A stretch of DNA of 53,015 nt, filler included, from Catajapyx aquilonaris (lineage: Eukaryota): assembly GCA_000934665.2 (NCBI GenBank). It is 2 parts of 2 records of this genome, joined end to end, with 100 filler letters (N's around TTAATTAATTAA, not from the genome) between each part and the next. Parts side by side here need not be neighbours in the genome. Positions count along the whole stretch, not along the records: positions 26,564 to 53,015 come from JYFJ02005206.1; 1 more part is not named here. One strand, given 5' to 3'. Each line of letters begins with the position of its first letter. Positions within the stretch are counted from its first letter, which is position 1. The notes below the pieces were generated by a model that was not told the origin of the DNA, did not search any database, and saw nothing but the letters and a program-made list of their open reading frames with translations. The position numbers were made by a program, and so were the translations under genes. Below are positions 38,301 to 50,200 of this stretch, one piece after another.

Positions 38301-41300
38301 TTCACAGCATTGGCAGATGATCCTGATTGCCGTTCAATTGTGCTATCAGGGTCTGGCAGGATATTTTCCGCAGGTATTTTAAAAGACTGCCATTATAAGA
38401 TTCCGTTCCCCCAGTTTTGTTATAAAGTATTGCTTCCCACTGCCAGTGGCAGCATTGTATTCATGCATATTAGGGGCTTTGGGGCCACCCCATGAGGAGA
38501 GTAACCCATGTGCATTACCCATAGTGGTGATAACAGGGACATACAGTTAAGCCCAACCATGAAACAAATGGGGCAGACTGTAACTTATTAATCTAGTTCC
38601 CTTAGGTCAGATGCAAAATGTACCATAGCGAGATGACATCAGCAGAAAAACATTGCTCTTAAAGCAATGTCAGTGCAAAATGCCCCAGCAGAGGGTAAAA
38701 TGTAGTGCATCTGCTGCATTCAATTTCCATCATGGATTATGATTTCTGCCACAGCCATGTCAACAGAAAGCGAAAGTCCACAATGGGGAAGTAGCCTTCA
38801 TTTTGGAAACTTCATAATAAATTCGCCCATATTTTTTGGATTTTTTTGGCATATTTCGTTTTAAGACATCAGTTTCAGTTCCGGAGTAATTGGGGTTTTT
38901 ATGTAGGGAAATGGTGACGTCACTGTTTCCCTAGAAAATGTTGACGTCACGCGAAGTGAAATGAACGCAAAAATGGTGTTATAGAATGCGCCCCGTCATT
39001 GTTGTAAAATGCTTCGCTGTTGTTAGCAACCGTCCCATTCCGTGAGCAAGATAGCAGCCGGGGCGCGTATTTATTCCAGGCCGCTCAAGTCGCTTCTGTG
39101 CTGACGGTGGTGCCAACTGGTAGGAATTATCTGTCACCCGAATTCGGCACATGAAGGCCCCCTTTCTCCACCTCGATGGCCTACAGCCGCCTTGCGAATG
39201 CTTTCCGTCGTGTCAAATTCCTCATATCTCGCCAGTCAACCAGTCATTTCAGTGTACCCTTTCGATTGGCACCACCCGGCTGCCCCGTTTTTCCCGCCAA
39301 TTTTGAAGGGACTTTTAAATGTGCCGTAATTTATCCAGTAATGTCATTTTGATGCAACAGAGTGATGGAATGTATGTTTACAGGCATGGGCTAGCTAGTT
39401 ATGAACAAAAATCCCAAATCCCAGACCAAGGCTACTTCCCCATTCACATGTGACTTGAGAGGTAGCAGAGCTGCTGCCTGACTGTATAGGGTCATTCCCA
39501 CGTGCCACAGGGATCATGATCCTTACCCCCGATTGGGGTGTTCCCACATGCCCTTCCTCCACCCGAACACGTTTACGAAGGTGACTGTGGCAGCCAACTT
39601 GCAGAAGTTGACTGCCAGGTTCCGAGTCACGTTCCTGACGTCACTCCCCCCTCCGGACCGGGTCTTAGCCGAGCAACATGGCGGCTCTCTGCTTGGCCCC
39701 GTCTGCCCCCACGCTCTGCAGGCAGCCAGGACCTGTGTAATATCGTAGATAGCATGCCTCCATGCTATTACAGCCAGGCCTATCGTAGAGTCACCCGTGC
39801 CTTTGTCCGGGAGCCGAAGCGAGAGTCATTTTTTCGCCAGGCGGGTGGGCGTGGTTCCAGACCACTCCACCGAAAATCACGAAAAGTACGTGGCCTGTGG
39901 AAACAGTCACCAAACGATCCTGATTGTGCGCCTCAGAAACGTGGTTCAAGATCGAGATTATGTGGCACGTGGGAATGACCCTTAACACCCTGTAACAATG
40001 GGGTAAAAAGCTCACCACATCCCTTAGCTCATGGCACACTGTGTGTGTCTGGGCACTGACAAATAAGATATGTCTATTTATATCGAAGACCTGAAAGTAT
40101 AACTGTAATATTTGCAGAATGTAAGACATTTGAAGTGAGTGATCTAATTTAAATTTTCTTCCAAATTTGCACTTTAACTTAAATTTTACTCTAACATTTC
40201 TACACCTAATTACCCTAATACACTAGAAATGTAAAAAGAATTGGTATTATCTATGCATAAGGAATCAGTGTAACAGATATAGCCAGGTCCTTCTGGAAAA
40301 TCAAGTTTATGTAGTGTCTGAATCCTTTACCAATTACTGAGGGCCCACAATAATCACCCTTGTAGTTGTGAGATGATGAGATGATATAGTTGCACATTAT
40401 TCTCTCTCATACAGGACTGGATTTGAGTGATGCCAGTGAGTTGGCTGCCACAGGCATGGCTGAAGACCTTGATATTGCCAGACGGTGTAAAAACCTGTTC
40501 AAGCTTGTTCGGGAATACCAGGATTACTTTTCAACCCTGGAAAAAGTAAGCGTCTCATCATTTTTATTTGCACAATATTTCTGTTACATCAGGAAAACCT
40601 ACACAACAGCATACTGTTCGGCGCTATAAAGGCTCAGGTGTTTGACTTTTAAAATACACACCATGACTTCTGTTAAAACCCTCACATTAGAAATAGCTTT
40701 ATATTAGTTGAATAGTTTCTGCTACAACTCTCTTCTTCTCTGTCATATTCAGTGCCCGAAACCCATTATTGCTGCTGTTCACTCAGCATGTGTTGGAGGG
40801 GGAGTTGACATGATCTGTGGGGCAGACATACGTTTATGCACTCAGGATGCTTGGTTTCAGATCAAGGAAGTAGATTTGGGTAAGTTGCATTCAGGTTTCT
40901 GAAAACTAGCTGCACCACATCAATTTTTGCATTCTACTTTTGCAGGGATATCTGCAGATGTAGGCACTCTTCAGAGGCTGCCAAAAGTGATTGGAAACTC
41001 AGGTCTGGTGAGAGAACTTGCCTTCACTGCCAGGAAATTGTATTCTGATGAAGCTTTTAAGGTTGGGTTTGTGAACCGAATTTTTGGAGATAAAGAGAAG
41101 TGAGTTGGTCTCTGAATTTTTAAGCAAAATAACTTATGAAATTAAGCCAATTCTTTCATTTTATGCATTTCATAGATTTATCATGAGATTAGAAGTGCCA
41201 TTGATTATTACTTGTCAGTTTTAGTGGAAAAATATTTGGATTGAAATATTTGAAATTCATCTACACTCTACAGGGTGTTCCAGAAAAAATTAAAAGTCTA

Positions 41301-42120
41301 ATTAACTTTAATGTAATTAAATTAAATTGAAATTTTAAAGTCACTATAAAATTGTTACTATGGTTACATAATAATACTAAAACAGTGTACTATGAGAAAT
41401 TCCTAAGAGTCCAGACTTATGGGACACCCTGTTCTGATGCCACGGGAGGGGGTATGTTTAGCTCACGCTGGAAAGCCGAAAAACTGATTAGCATATGCCA
41501 TGGTAGTTGAGCCCCATTCCACGAGGTGGTAGGAGCAGTTTCAACCTCAAACTGCACCATTTCTGTCAAAACTCGAGCATGCCCAGTTCAAAAACCCGCA
41601 GGACATCATATTATGATGCGCGTAGGCCTCAAAGGGTTAAAACAGCTATTCTGCCATCCAACCAAAACAAAAGCTCCATCTGCACATTGCGATAAAGATG
41701 TTCTTTCCTTTGACTTGCCTACAATGTGCAGATGTGGCTTTCTTCAGTAGGGCAGCAGTTTTATTCATGGTTTTGTAGCATGTTTCTTGCATCAGCTATT
41801 GCTCACACTGGACTTTTGGGTTTCTAGGATGATGAAGGCAGCCATATCATTGGCTGAACTAATTGCAAGCAAGAGTCCTGTGGCAGTCCAAGGGACTAAA
41901 GTGAACTTGAATTATGCCAGAGATCACCCTGTGCAGGACAGCCTGGAGTATCATGTAAGCTCATGTGAGATGCTAATTCTTCTTGTCATTGAAAACTGAC
42001 AATGCAACATCTCCTCAGGCCTTGTGGAACATGGCAATGCTGCAGAGTGATGACCTGATGAAAGCTGCCATGTCTATGATGGACAAGAAATCTGGACCAC
42101 CATCCTTTTCTAAGCTTTAA
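35347..42120 (+). CDS. ECH1: Delta3,5-delta2,4-dienoyl-CoA isomerase (crotonase family), copy A, 317 aa, 8 exons
   Basis: Exons 35347-35389, 37668-37848, 38285-38373, 40415-40545, 40753-40879, 40946-41099, 41828-41954 and 42019-42120 are in phase. Motif KEVDLGISADVGTLQRLPK and C-terminal SKL. Exon 1 is less certain. Confidence 0.92.
35571..36817. mobile_element. piggyBac-type foldback MITE (ECH1-A intron 1), interrupted by a SINE
   Basis: TTAA|CCCCTT...AAGGGG|TTAA with long inverted arms. Confidence 0.88.
35825..36257 (-). mobile_element. SINE family B (tRNA-Ser(GCT)-like head, Inv/Nin-like core)
   Basis: GACTGCTAAT anticodon-arm-like head and an Lm1-like core GGATTTCTGTGGTTTCCC...AGGCCACAGCCGCTTCCT. 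TSD AATGCG(A/T)GGAAATAT. Confidence 0.88.
38782..39444. mobile_element. Non-autonomous DNA element with a 17-bp perfect TIR (ECH1-A intron 3)
   Basis: AATGGGGAAGTAGCCTT pairs with AAGGCTACTTCCCCATT. The interior is CpG-rich. Confidence 0.7.
39489..39981. mobile_element. PIF/Harbinger-like MITE (ECH1-A intron 3)
   Basis: 21-bp perfect TIR GGGTCATTCCCACGTGCCACA with ATA/TTA flanks. Confidence 0.82.
41255..41636. mobile_element. Left-truncated copy of the piggyBac-type MITE at 45402 (ECH1-A intron 6)
   Basis: Colinear with ~45550-45931 and ends TCAAAGGG|TTAA. Confidence 0.82.
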
Positions 42121-42751
42121 ATGTACTTTCCATCTGCAAACATCTACGAGGGGAATATATTTAGAACTGGGAGCTGAAATTTATTTTGTAAGACATTAAA
42201 ATAATAAGTGACATGTATTGCAAATCAAGGTCAGAATGTTTTTAAGCGTCTTTTTGTTTGAAAGAGACCCTCTATCCTGGGGACTATAAAATGCAATACA
42301 TTGGCTGAGCGGTACACTCATACCCTTTTCAAAGTGAAAAAATACCTGCAATAACCAATCTTGAAGCTTTTTTTCCTGGTGAACTGAACTCAACTGAACA
42401 CAGAGTTGTCTGCTGTGAAAGATAGCCTATGCAATGTAGTGTTCATATCTGCTGCACAAGTTCATTAGGTACATACTTACCCATTACACTGAGATAAGAA
42501 GTGGACCTCTGTTTAATGTCAAAGGTCACTAGGGAAATGTTATCCCACTGAACAAGAGTATAGATTGTGGAAGTTAAAAGGGAGCAAGACATCAACATTG
42601 GTGTTAATTTTCTCCTGAACTTGTTCGGTGCAAGAGCTCCGAGTGTGCAGAAGCTGATTAGTTTATTGTGGGAAGGAGCCCAGAAAAGACTGCAAAGGCC
42701 ATTTTAGGTGGGTTCTTGATTAACATCATACCAAGAGCAGGCATAAAAGAG

Positions 42752-45138
42752 ATGAACACATCTTGTAGAATCCTGTGTCAAGGTAAGTGAGAAAATGTAC
42801 TTCTTGAAGAATTTGCTTTCATGTTTTCATACCTTGGCAGGAGTAAAAACTGGACTGTCTTTAAGTAAAGTTAGAATTGCAACCAGAATGATGAGTTCTA
42901 CATTGTCTGACAAGTATAACTTCAAGACTATGGCAGTTACAATACCCAAGGAGTTCATTTTTCATGTTGAACTTAATCGACCAAAGAAAATGAATGCAAT
43001 CAATGCAGATATGTGGAGGTGAGGCAGTCAAAATGTATTTACTGCACTGACTGGATTGTTTAATTTTACACAAAAAAAAATGTAAACATTGCATTACAGA
43101 GAAGTTGGAGAGTGCTTCAATGCCTTAGCAGAAGACCCTGACTGCCGTTCAATTGTCTTGTCAGGATCTGGGAAGCTTTTCTGTGCAGGTTGAGGAATCA
43201 AGAATTTGTTAATGCTAGATTGTTATGTAGTAATACTGATGAAGTTACTTGTTCCTCTTGCAGGATTGGATATGAGTGATGCCATGAACATGTTTGCTAT
43301 AGGTGATGGTGACATTGACATTGCTAGGAAATGTAAGCAAATTTACAAGGCTATAAGGATGTACCAAGACTCGTTCTCGGCTCTGGAAATGGTATTGTTA
43401 TTAGTGTTTCGTTCACATGTAGTAGCTGATTCCCTTTTTTTTATTATTGAAGTGCCCGAAGCCAGTCATTGCTGCTGTGCACTCTGCAGTCATTGGTGCT
43501 GGGGTGGACATGATATGTGGTGCTGATATTCGTTACTGCTCTCAAGATGCCTGGTTTCAAATCAAAGAAATCGAATTAGGTAGGCTGTTTCATTTTATAA
43601 TTTTGTAGGTGCAAAATGTGACAGTCAATTAACCTTTCAGGAATGTCTGCTGATGTGGGTACCATGCAAAGATTTCCCAAAGTAATTGGCAGCTCAAGTC
43701 TTGTCAGGGAACTAGTATTCACTGGTAGGAAATTTTTGGCAGATGAGGCTATTAAAGCTGGGTTTGTCAACAGAGTGTTTGATGACAAAGAAAGGTAATG
43801 TGCATAATTGAGGGGTAAATTTGTGAGTCATCATTTTAAATATTTGCCTTCTGAATTACAGTTTGCTCAAAGGTGCATTTGAGTTGGCAGAAATGATTGC
43901 TAAAAAGAGTCCTGTTGGGATTCAGGGATCCAAGGTTAATCTGAACTACTCCAGGGATCATCCTGTAGATGATGGCCTCAAACATCATGTAAGACATTAT
44001 TAAGTTACCGCTGGTGCACAAACTCTGCCATGCAAATGGCAGGTAGCGAAGGAAAAGAATTTTTGCCATGAGCTACATAAAGTTACATGTGGTGATGTGC
44101 AGATGTGTCTGGTTTATGGATTTTTTTAGCTAGGAAATGGGTGGGATGAGTGAAAGAAGGTGCTATGCAGGATCACAAGAAGACATGATCTGGCTGGCTG
44201 ACCATTAGTATACAAGACGAAGGAAGTTTGGGGTGGCCAGCAGAATGATGGGGGGCACTTTGAGGCTGTTTCATTATGGGATGGCAACAGCAGGGAGCTT
44301 TGACAGGATTTTAGGCTGGCTGTGGGGCCTGGGAGTTGTAACCCAGGACCTACGGACACATGGTGGTGCAGGGGATGGGACCTGCAAAAACTGTGCCTAA
44401 TTATTGTTTTCAGTCTGTCACTGGATTTTTCTGGGTCTACATGGTGCGGGAACAGGTTAATGCGGTTTATAGGAACATTCATCTTCACAGTCATAGTGAA
44501 GGCAGTCATATCTGCCAATGTCATCATTACAACCACAGTAATGCATTTGAATTGTTAGGGTGCCAGGCTCATCCACCAGGCCACTTTTTTTCTGCTATCC
44601 CGCTGCTCAGACATGGATTGATCAGTTTCCGTGTTGCCACACTCATTTGGGAAGAGTATGAACTTCATCCTTCCCTTTAGTCAAGTGCTCACTTGCGTCA
44701 CGTACTACAGATCTTCTGATCTGGCCTGCATTTGTATTACAGATTTTATGCACCAGCCTTTAGACATTCGAGTCTGAATATTGAAACACAAGGTTTGGTC
44801 ACATGAATCATGTTTTGTTGATACTTGAACAGTGAACTAGTGAAGCATGCATGACAAAACTTTCCTGTAACTTGTGTAAGTTGGAATGAAGGGGAATGTT
44901 TACAGTTGCATCCCCACAAGTCAGTCCTTCAAGTTTCACCAAACCTCCAATTGCATAGTTCAGGTTCAATCCATCAATATTTACAGGTTTACAAGGTTCA
45001 TAGTGATTTTAATCAGACCTGCTCAATTTTCTTCAGGCCTTATGGAACATGACCATGCTTCAGAGTGAGGATGTGATGAAAGCTGTTATGGGCATGATAG
45101 ACAAAAGTTCTGAACCTCCTGCATTTTCCAAACTGTAA
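42752..45138 (+). CDS. ECH1: Delta3,5-delta2,4-dienoyl-CoA isomerase, copy B, 311 aa, 8 exons
   Basis: Exons 42752-42782, 42841-43018, 43100-43188, 43264-43391, 43453-43579, 43641-43794, 43862-43988 and 45037-45138 have the same phases as copy A. Motif KEIELGMSADVGTMQRFPK, C-terminal SKL, and AATAAA near 45197. Confidence 0.92.
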
Positions 45139-45401
45139 TGGGATATTAAGAGTATTGGTTTTTCATGAGCAGATGCAAGTAGGGGGCCAGCTGAGAATAA
45201 AAGACATGGAAAGGAACAACAAAGTTGTAAAAATATGATTTTTAAAATTATTTACCCAGTTTAGGTGTGCACCATTGCTGTAATGCATTCACCCTTAAAA
45301 TATTACTCACATGACCATGAATAACAATACCTGTCAGCATTTTTAGCAGTACAACTAACAATATTAAAACCTTATGATAGCTGTCCTATTCTACAGCTTA
45401 A

Positions 45402-45931
45402 CCCTTTGACGGCGGGATGTTTTGGGCTTTTTTTTTCGTTTCTTGAAAAAATTGGTAGTAGGAGTGATATAGCCTACATGAAAAACAATATGCTTCAATA
45501 TTTATCATTTTAACTCGTGGTGGTCTGTTTGAATGTGAAATGCCGAAAATATTCATCTACAGGGTCTTCCTGAAATTTTTTAAAAGTGCAATTAACTTTA
45601 AACTTAATTTAATTCATTTAAAATTTTAAAGTAACTATACAATTGTTATTATGGTTACATAATACTAAAACACTGTACTATGAGAAATTCCTAAGAGTCC
45701 AGACTTACAGCACACCCTGTTCTGACGCATGGGAGGGGGTATGTTTAGCCCTTAGCTCACGCTGGGAAGCGTAAAAATTTATTAGCATATGCCATGGTAG
45801 TTGAGCCCCCTTCCACGAGGTGGTAGGAGCAGTTTGAGCCTCAAACTGCGCCGTTTCTGTCTAAACTTTAGCGCACGCAGTTCAAAAACCCGCAGTTAGT
45901 CATAATTATGGCTATCGTAGGCCTCAAAGGG
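45402..45931. mobile_element. piggyBac-type MITE, full length
   Basis: TTAA|CCCTTTGA...TCAAAGGG|TTAA. Confidence 0.85.
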
Positions 45932-46170
45932 TTAATGCATTATGGTACTTCTTTACCATCACCAAAGAAAGATAATTATTAATTGGTCCTGAGGGAAGTG
46001 GTGCAAAACAGCAAAAGGTTTCATTCTGAAACTTACATCAGTTGATTGGAAGCTCAAGTCTTGTTTGAAAATTGGCCTTCACTGGAAGAAAGTTATTTTT
46101 TCATGGAATTGTGCAAGATATCCCAAAAGGAACCTAAGAAATCCTTTCATATCTATCATATCAAAGCTGC

Positions 46171-46361
46171 TTTTTTTCCCCCCTTACAACCCTACCCTAC
46201 CATAACACCGTGCTCTTGTCCAACTATGTCACAAATACCATAGGAAAAAAATATGTATTATAAAGTATAACAGTGAGTGGATGTCCCCCTATACGAGGCT
46301 ATGGCTCGAAGCACGGGGCAGATAAATAAATAAATAAATAAATAAATAAATCAATCAATCA
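46171..46361 (+). mobile_element. 5'-truncated retroposon with (TAAA)n(TCAA)n tail
   Basis: Perfect 16-bp TSD ATCATATCAAAGCTGC (46155-46170, 46362-46377). The 3' stem-loop is related to the SINE tails. Confidence 0.8.
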
Positions 46362-46489
46362 ATCATATCAAAGCTGCCCTGGAGCTAACAACAGTGATTG
46401 CAAGTTCCAATGAATGAACAAATTTATTTAAAAAACTAATTATTACGAACACTACACTTAATAAGATATTGTATCTTAATTTGCATTAA

Positions 46490-46990
46490 GGGGGCGCATT
46501 AGTAAAAATACGGTAGGCGCATTTTTGAGGGAATTATATTTTTTGTGGAGAAACGGATGGTTAATCGGAAAAATCACGCCGAAGGTGCCCTGCGGAAAAG
46601 TTTGGCCTTTACTATGGTACCATGCTCGATATGATTGCATTAAAATTGTGGACATACGGGCGCCGATGCGTTCCCGAATTTGTCGCGTTCCTGCCGCCAT
46701 GTTATTCAAATGGGCTTTTCGGGAACTCCATTTTCCTTTCACTTCAACTCGATGAAAAGGTCACTTCTAGGCCGAAAATGGTAAAATGACGCCGAAGGTG
46801 CCCTGCGCCAGATCATGTCCTATTTTTTGGTGTAATTTTTGTGTCCATTGCTCCATTTTTGTGGCCGTAAGGCCGCCGAAGCGTGGACATGTCGAATCCC
46901 CATATGCTGTCCATGCAAACGCGAGTTTGTTTACGTAGTCGCCAAGGGCTCGCATTGTTACCGATTGTTACCGTATTTTTAGAGTGATTT
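46490..46990. mobile_element. DNA-transposon-like insert
   Basis: Subterminal IR TAAAAATACGGTA/TACCGTATTTTTA, TTAA near both ends, internal direct repeat ACGCCGAAGGTGCCCTGCG twice, and CpG-rich. Confidence 0.55.
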
Positions 46991-47039
46991 TTAATCACAT
47001 TAATTTTATTTACAATGTTACTTAATGATATTTTCACGG

Positions 47040-47141
47040 ACCCTGTGTAGCATGAGGATGTTCCAGGGTGAGGATGTCATGAAAGCCATCATGACCATGA
47101 GAGACAAGAGTTCTGGAACGCCAGATTTTTCTCTAGTTTGA
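47040..47141 (+). pseudogene. ECH1: Orphan third copy of the ECH1 terminal exon (ends SLV; acceptor reads CGG, not CAG)
   Basis: 102 nt, the same length as both exon 8 copies. It translates TLCSMRMFQGEDVMKAIMTMRDKSSGTPDFSLV* versus ALWNMTMLQSEDVMKAVMGMIDKSSEPPAFSKL* in copy B. Confidence 0.85.
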
Positions 47142-47235
47142 AATGATTATTAGCATTTATTAGAATTGATTGCGCACAATGAGTAGAAGGAGTGACAAAG
47201 AGTGGCAAACAATTGGTGTAAGATATAAAAAGACA

Positions 47236-50200
47236 TCATTTTGAGTGGCCATTCTTCCGTGAGTCACTTGACATTTCACTGACGACATCAAAGTAATCAA
47301 CCTTCCCTGTGTCCTTATTGACCATCATTGCTAATGCCTCATCCAACTCATCCTGACTGAATGGCTCACCCTCTGTTGTGAGGTAGGTAATCAGCTCTTC
47401 CTGTGAGAGATGTCCTTTTTTGTCTATGTCCAGTGCTTGAAATGCCTCCAGCAAGGTGTCCTCGGGGCACAGGGGAAACCTATGATGTTTTTATTCAGAT
47501 TATGGCGGAAGTTCACCTTGGGACCAGAGCAGCCGGCAGGGGAGTAGTAGTGGAGTGGAAGGGTGCCTGGCGAGATGAAAGTGGCATCGCCAAGGAGGCA
47601 TTGCAGAGTGGGAGAAGTTGACAGCTGCTCATTGCGTCCTGGCGGGGTGTGGACTGGGACTCGCGGGGGATGGGGGAGACTCATGGGGAAGGCAGGCTGA
47701 TTGGGAGTATGGCAGCGATGAGCAATGATGAACAAGCAGTAATAACAAGGCGTTTTTTCCATATACTTCGGAGTATGAAGGCTATTGTGGGATGCTGTAA
47801 GGAGGTGGTCTAAGCACCGAAAGTGGCACATGCGGATGTTGTGGAGAGGCAGCTGATGTGTATAGTGTTGGACATTAATCGCGTCGTACTGCTAGCGACA
47901 TTTTCCGAATCAGCAGAAGAACGAATCGAAGCAATGGATAGCGTGAGCCCTGCTAGCAAGATTCATCCTTCTGCTGCTTCGGAACATGTCACTAGCAGTA
48001 CGATGTGATTAATGTCCAACACTGTATATCACTTCAAAATGATTGTATAGAATACTCTATATATCTTGCATGAGGTCTTGGTTCTGACCACTTCACTGGC
48101 CAGCTCACTAGTGCCGCCATGAAAGATACAGATTAACCCTCCAAGCTGACTACGGTTACACGGCACTCTCCTCGCCCAGATGCTCTGGTCCTAAGGTAAA
48201 CTTCTTCCTATTTAATTCTAACATTTGATTGCTGGCCCAGTTTACAGCTGAACTGACATGCCCCCATTTGGACATTTACATGGTATATTTTTAATTGTGG
48301 ATAAAGCCAGGTATGGCTGGAGATGTTGGGTATGGTACATAGGCTGGGTATTGACAGTGAGCGAGTTAGGAAGCTGTATGTGCATGCCACCACTCCCACT
48401 CCCCAGCCAATCACACAATTTCACTCACTTTTTCCTACATTTAAGAATAGAATTGCCTGCGGGTGAAGTTGTGTCAGTTCAGTTCAGCTAGCTGCACCAG
48501 CTGACAAACAGTTCATTCGTTACAATGGTAAATTACCCTTAGGGTAACTACCTGTGAAGTAACCGAAGCAGTTTGGAGGAGTGGATAAGGTGTTGGACTG
48601 CTAATCGGGAGGTCCTGGGTTCAAGTCCCGGGGCTGGCAATCCTAACAGTGGTTTTCTGTGGTTTCCCACGGTCCTCCCAGGAGAATTATGGGATTGCTT
48701 CCTAAATAATAGGCCACAGCCGCTTCCTTCCTTTCCTATCCTTGTCCCGTCCATGAGGAGGTGCGGTGTCGGTGGGAGGTTTCTGACCCACATCTAGGGG
48801 TCATCTTGGCGAACGGCCCCCTGAGGGACTGCACATGACCCCAAACTTGAGACACTGCACCTGCACCAGTGTCCCCCCCTCATTATCCCTATCCTGACCC
48901 CTTGCACTGGAGGAAAGAAAAAAATACAAGAAAATTGATGGTGGTGTACCACCCCACAACAGGGCCTATGTAGGCCTATCACAGGGTAAAACAAATCAAA
49001 AAATTTAAATTTATTTAAAAAAAACTACCTGTGAAGTCCATACCAGGGCCCTAGCCTACGAGATTTAATTGATGTGATAGGGTACACGGTACATAGAACC
49101 TCTCTCAAATTCATGAGGAGAAATTTATTTGGCAAGTAGCCATGGGTCCTGCGTAAGTGAATTTATGGGGTACCGTAATTCATTATATTTCACCTTCTTT
49201 CACCCTCTCCCCGAAATTGTTATTCTGTCTCACTTGCATGTATAGCAATTAGTGTGTTTTTAAAAATGGAGTACGTTACACAAGGAGGATCCATGGTTCC
49301 TGTTTTCACTGTGAGGAGCAGAATTGGGAACTCAGCGGGCTTTTAAAAATATTGTATTTAACATTTTTATGGCATAAAACCAATGTTACATTTCATTCAG
49401 AGGTCCTTTAACTAGTCACACTTGTGCTAGTTTTGTCATGTGGCATTTGTTATTGCTTCTGTTAATGTGCTGTACTTGTGCTGTGTTGTGCACCTGTGTC
49501 TAAGGTTACTGAAGCACCTCTGCCTTCACAATACATTATTTTTTATTTATTTTATTTTATTTTATTTTAAGTTACCCGATAGAACCAGAGGCTCTCTTAG
49601 AGGGGTGGAAAACCACCATTTTACCTTCAATTTTCTGAATTTTCTTCAATCTCTGTGCAAGGATGAAAGGACATGAGGTAGGGATAGGGATTTCTGGGGA
49701 GGAGACACAGGTCCAAGTGCAGTTTCAGAAAAGGGGTCATGTGCAGTCTCCCTGGAGGTTAGGTTGCCAGACGCCTCCAAGGCGCGGGTCAGAGACCCTC
49801 CTGACACAGGCGAAAGGGAAATCCCGGGCAGGGTTCAAACCCGGGACCATTTACTCAGCAAGTCGAATTGTTACCAACTTGGCCACCACGCCTCCCCCCT
49901 CACAATACATTATTATAGACACAGAAAAACCTGAATGAAGCTAAACCTTGATTCAGCGATGATTTGTGTTGCAACTGGCACAAATCTCTCCAGAGTGACC
50001 TGATCAGACACATCCTCATCTTCAACCTCATTAACTATTTCAAGCAGTTCCAGCTCTGTTGGACACATGCCTGGAAAACAAGAGATTGAGATAAAGAAAT
50101 ATACAGTATAAGGGGGAGGGGGAGAGAGAAAGACAGCAAGAGTAATAAATTGAGAACTCACCTAGGTAGCGAAGAATGGTTCCGACTTCCCTAACATTGA

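Noticed and set aside
44126..44690. GC-richer intronic ORFs here and at 47490-47860 as nested genes
   Set aside because: No homology recognised. They are probably old retroelement fragments but cannot be classified by eye.
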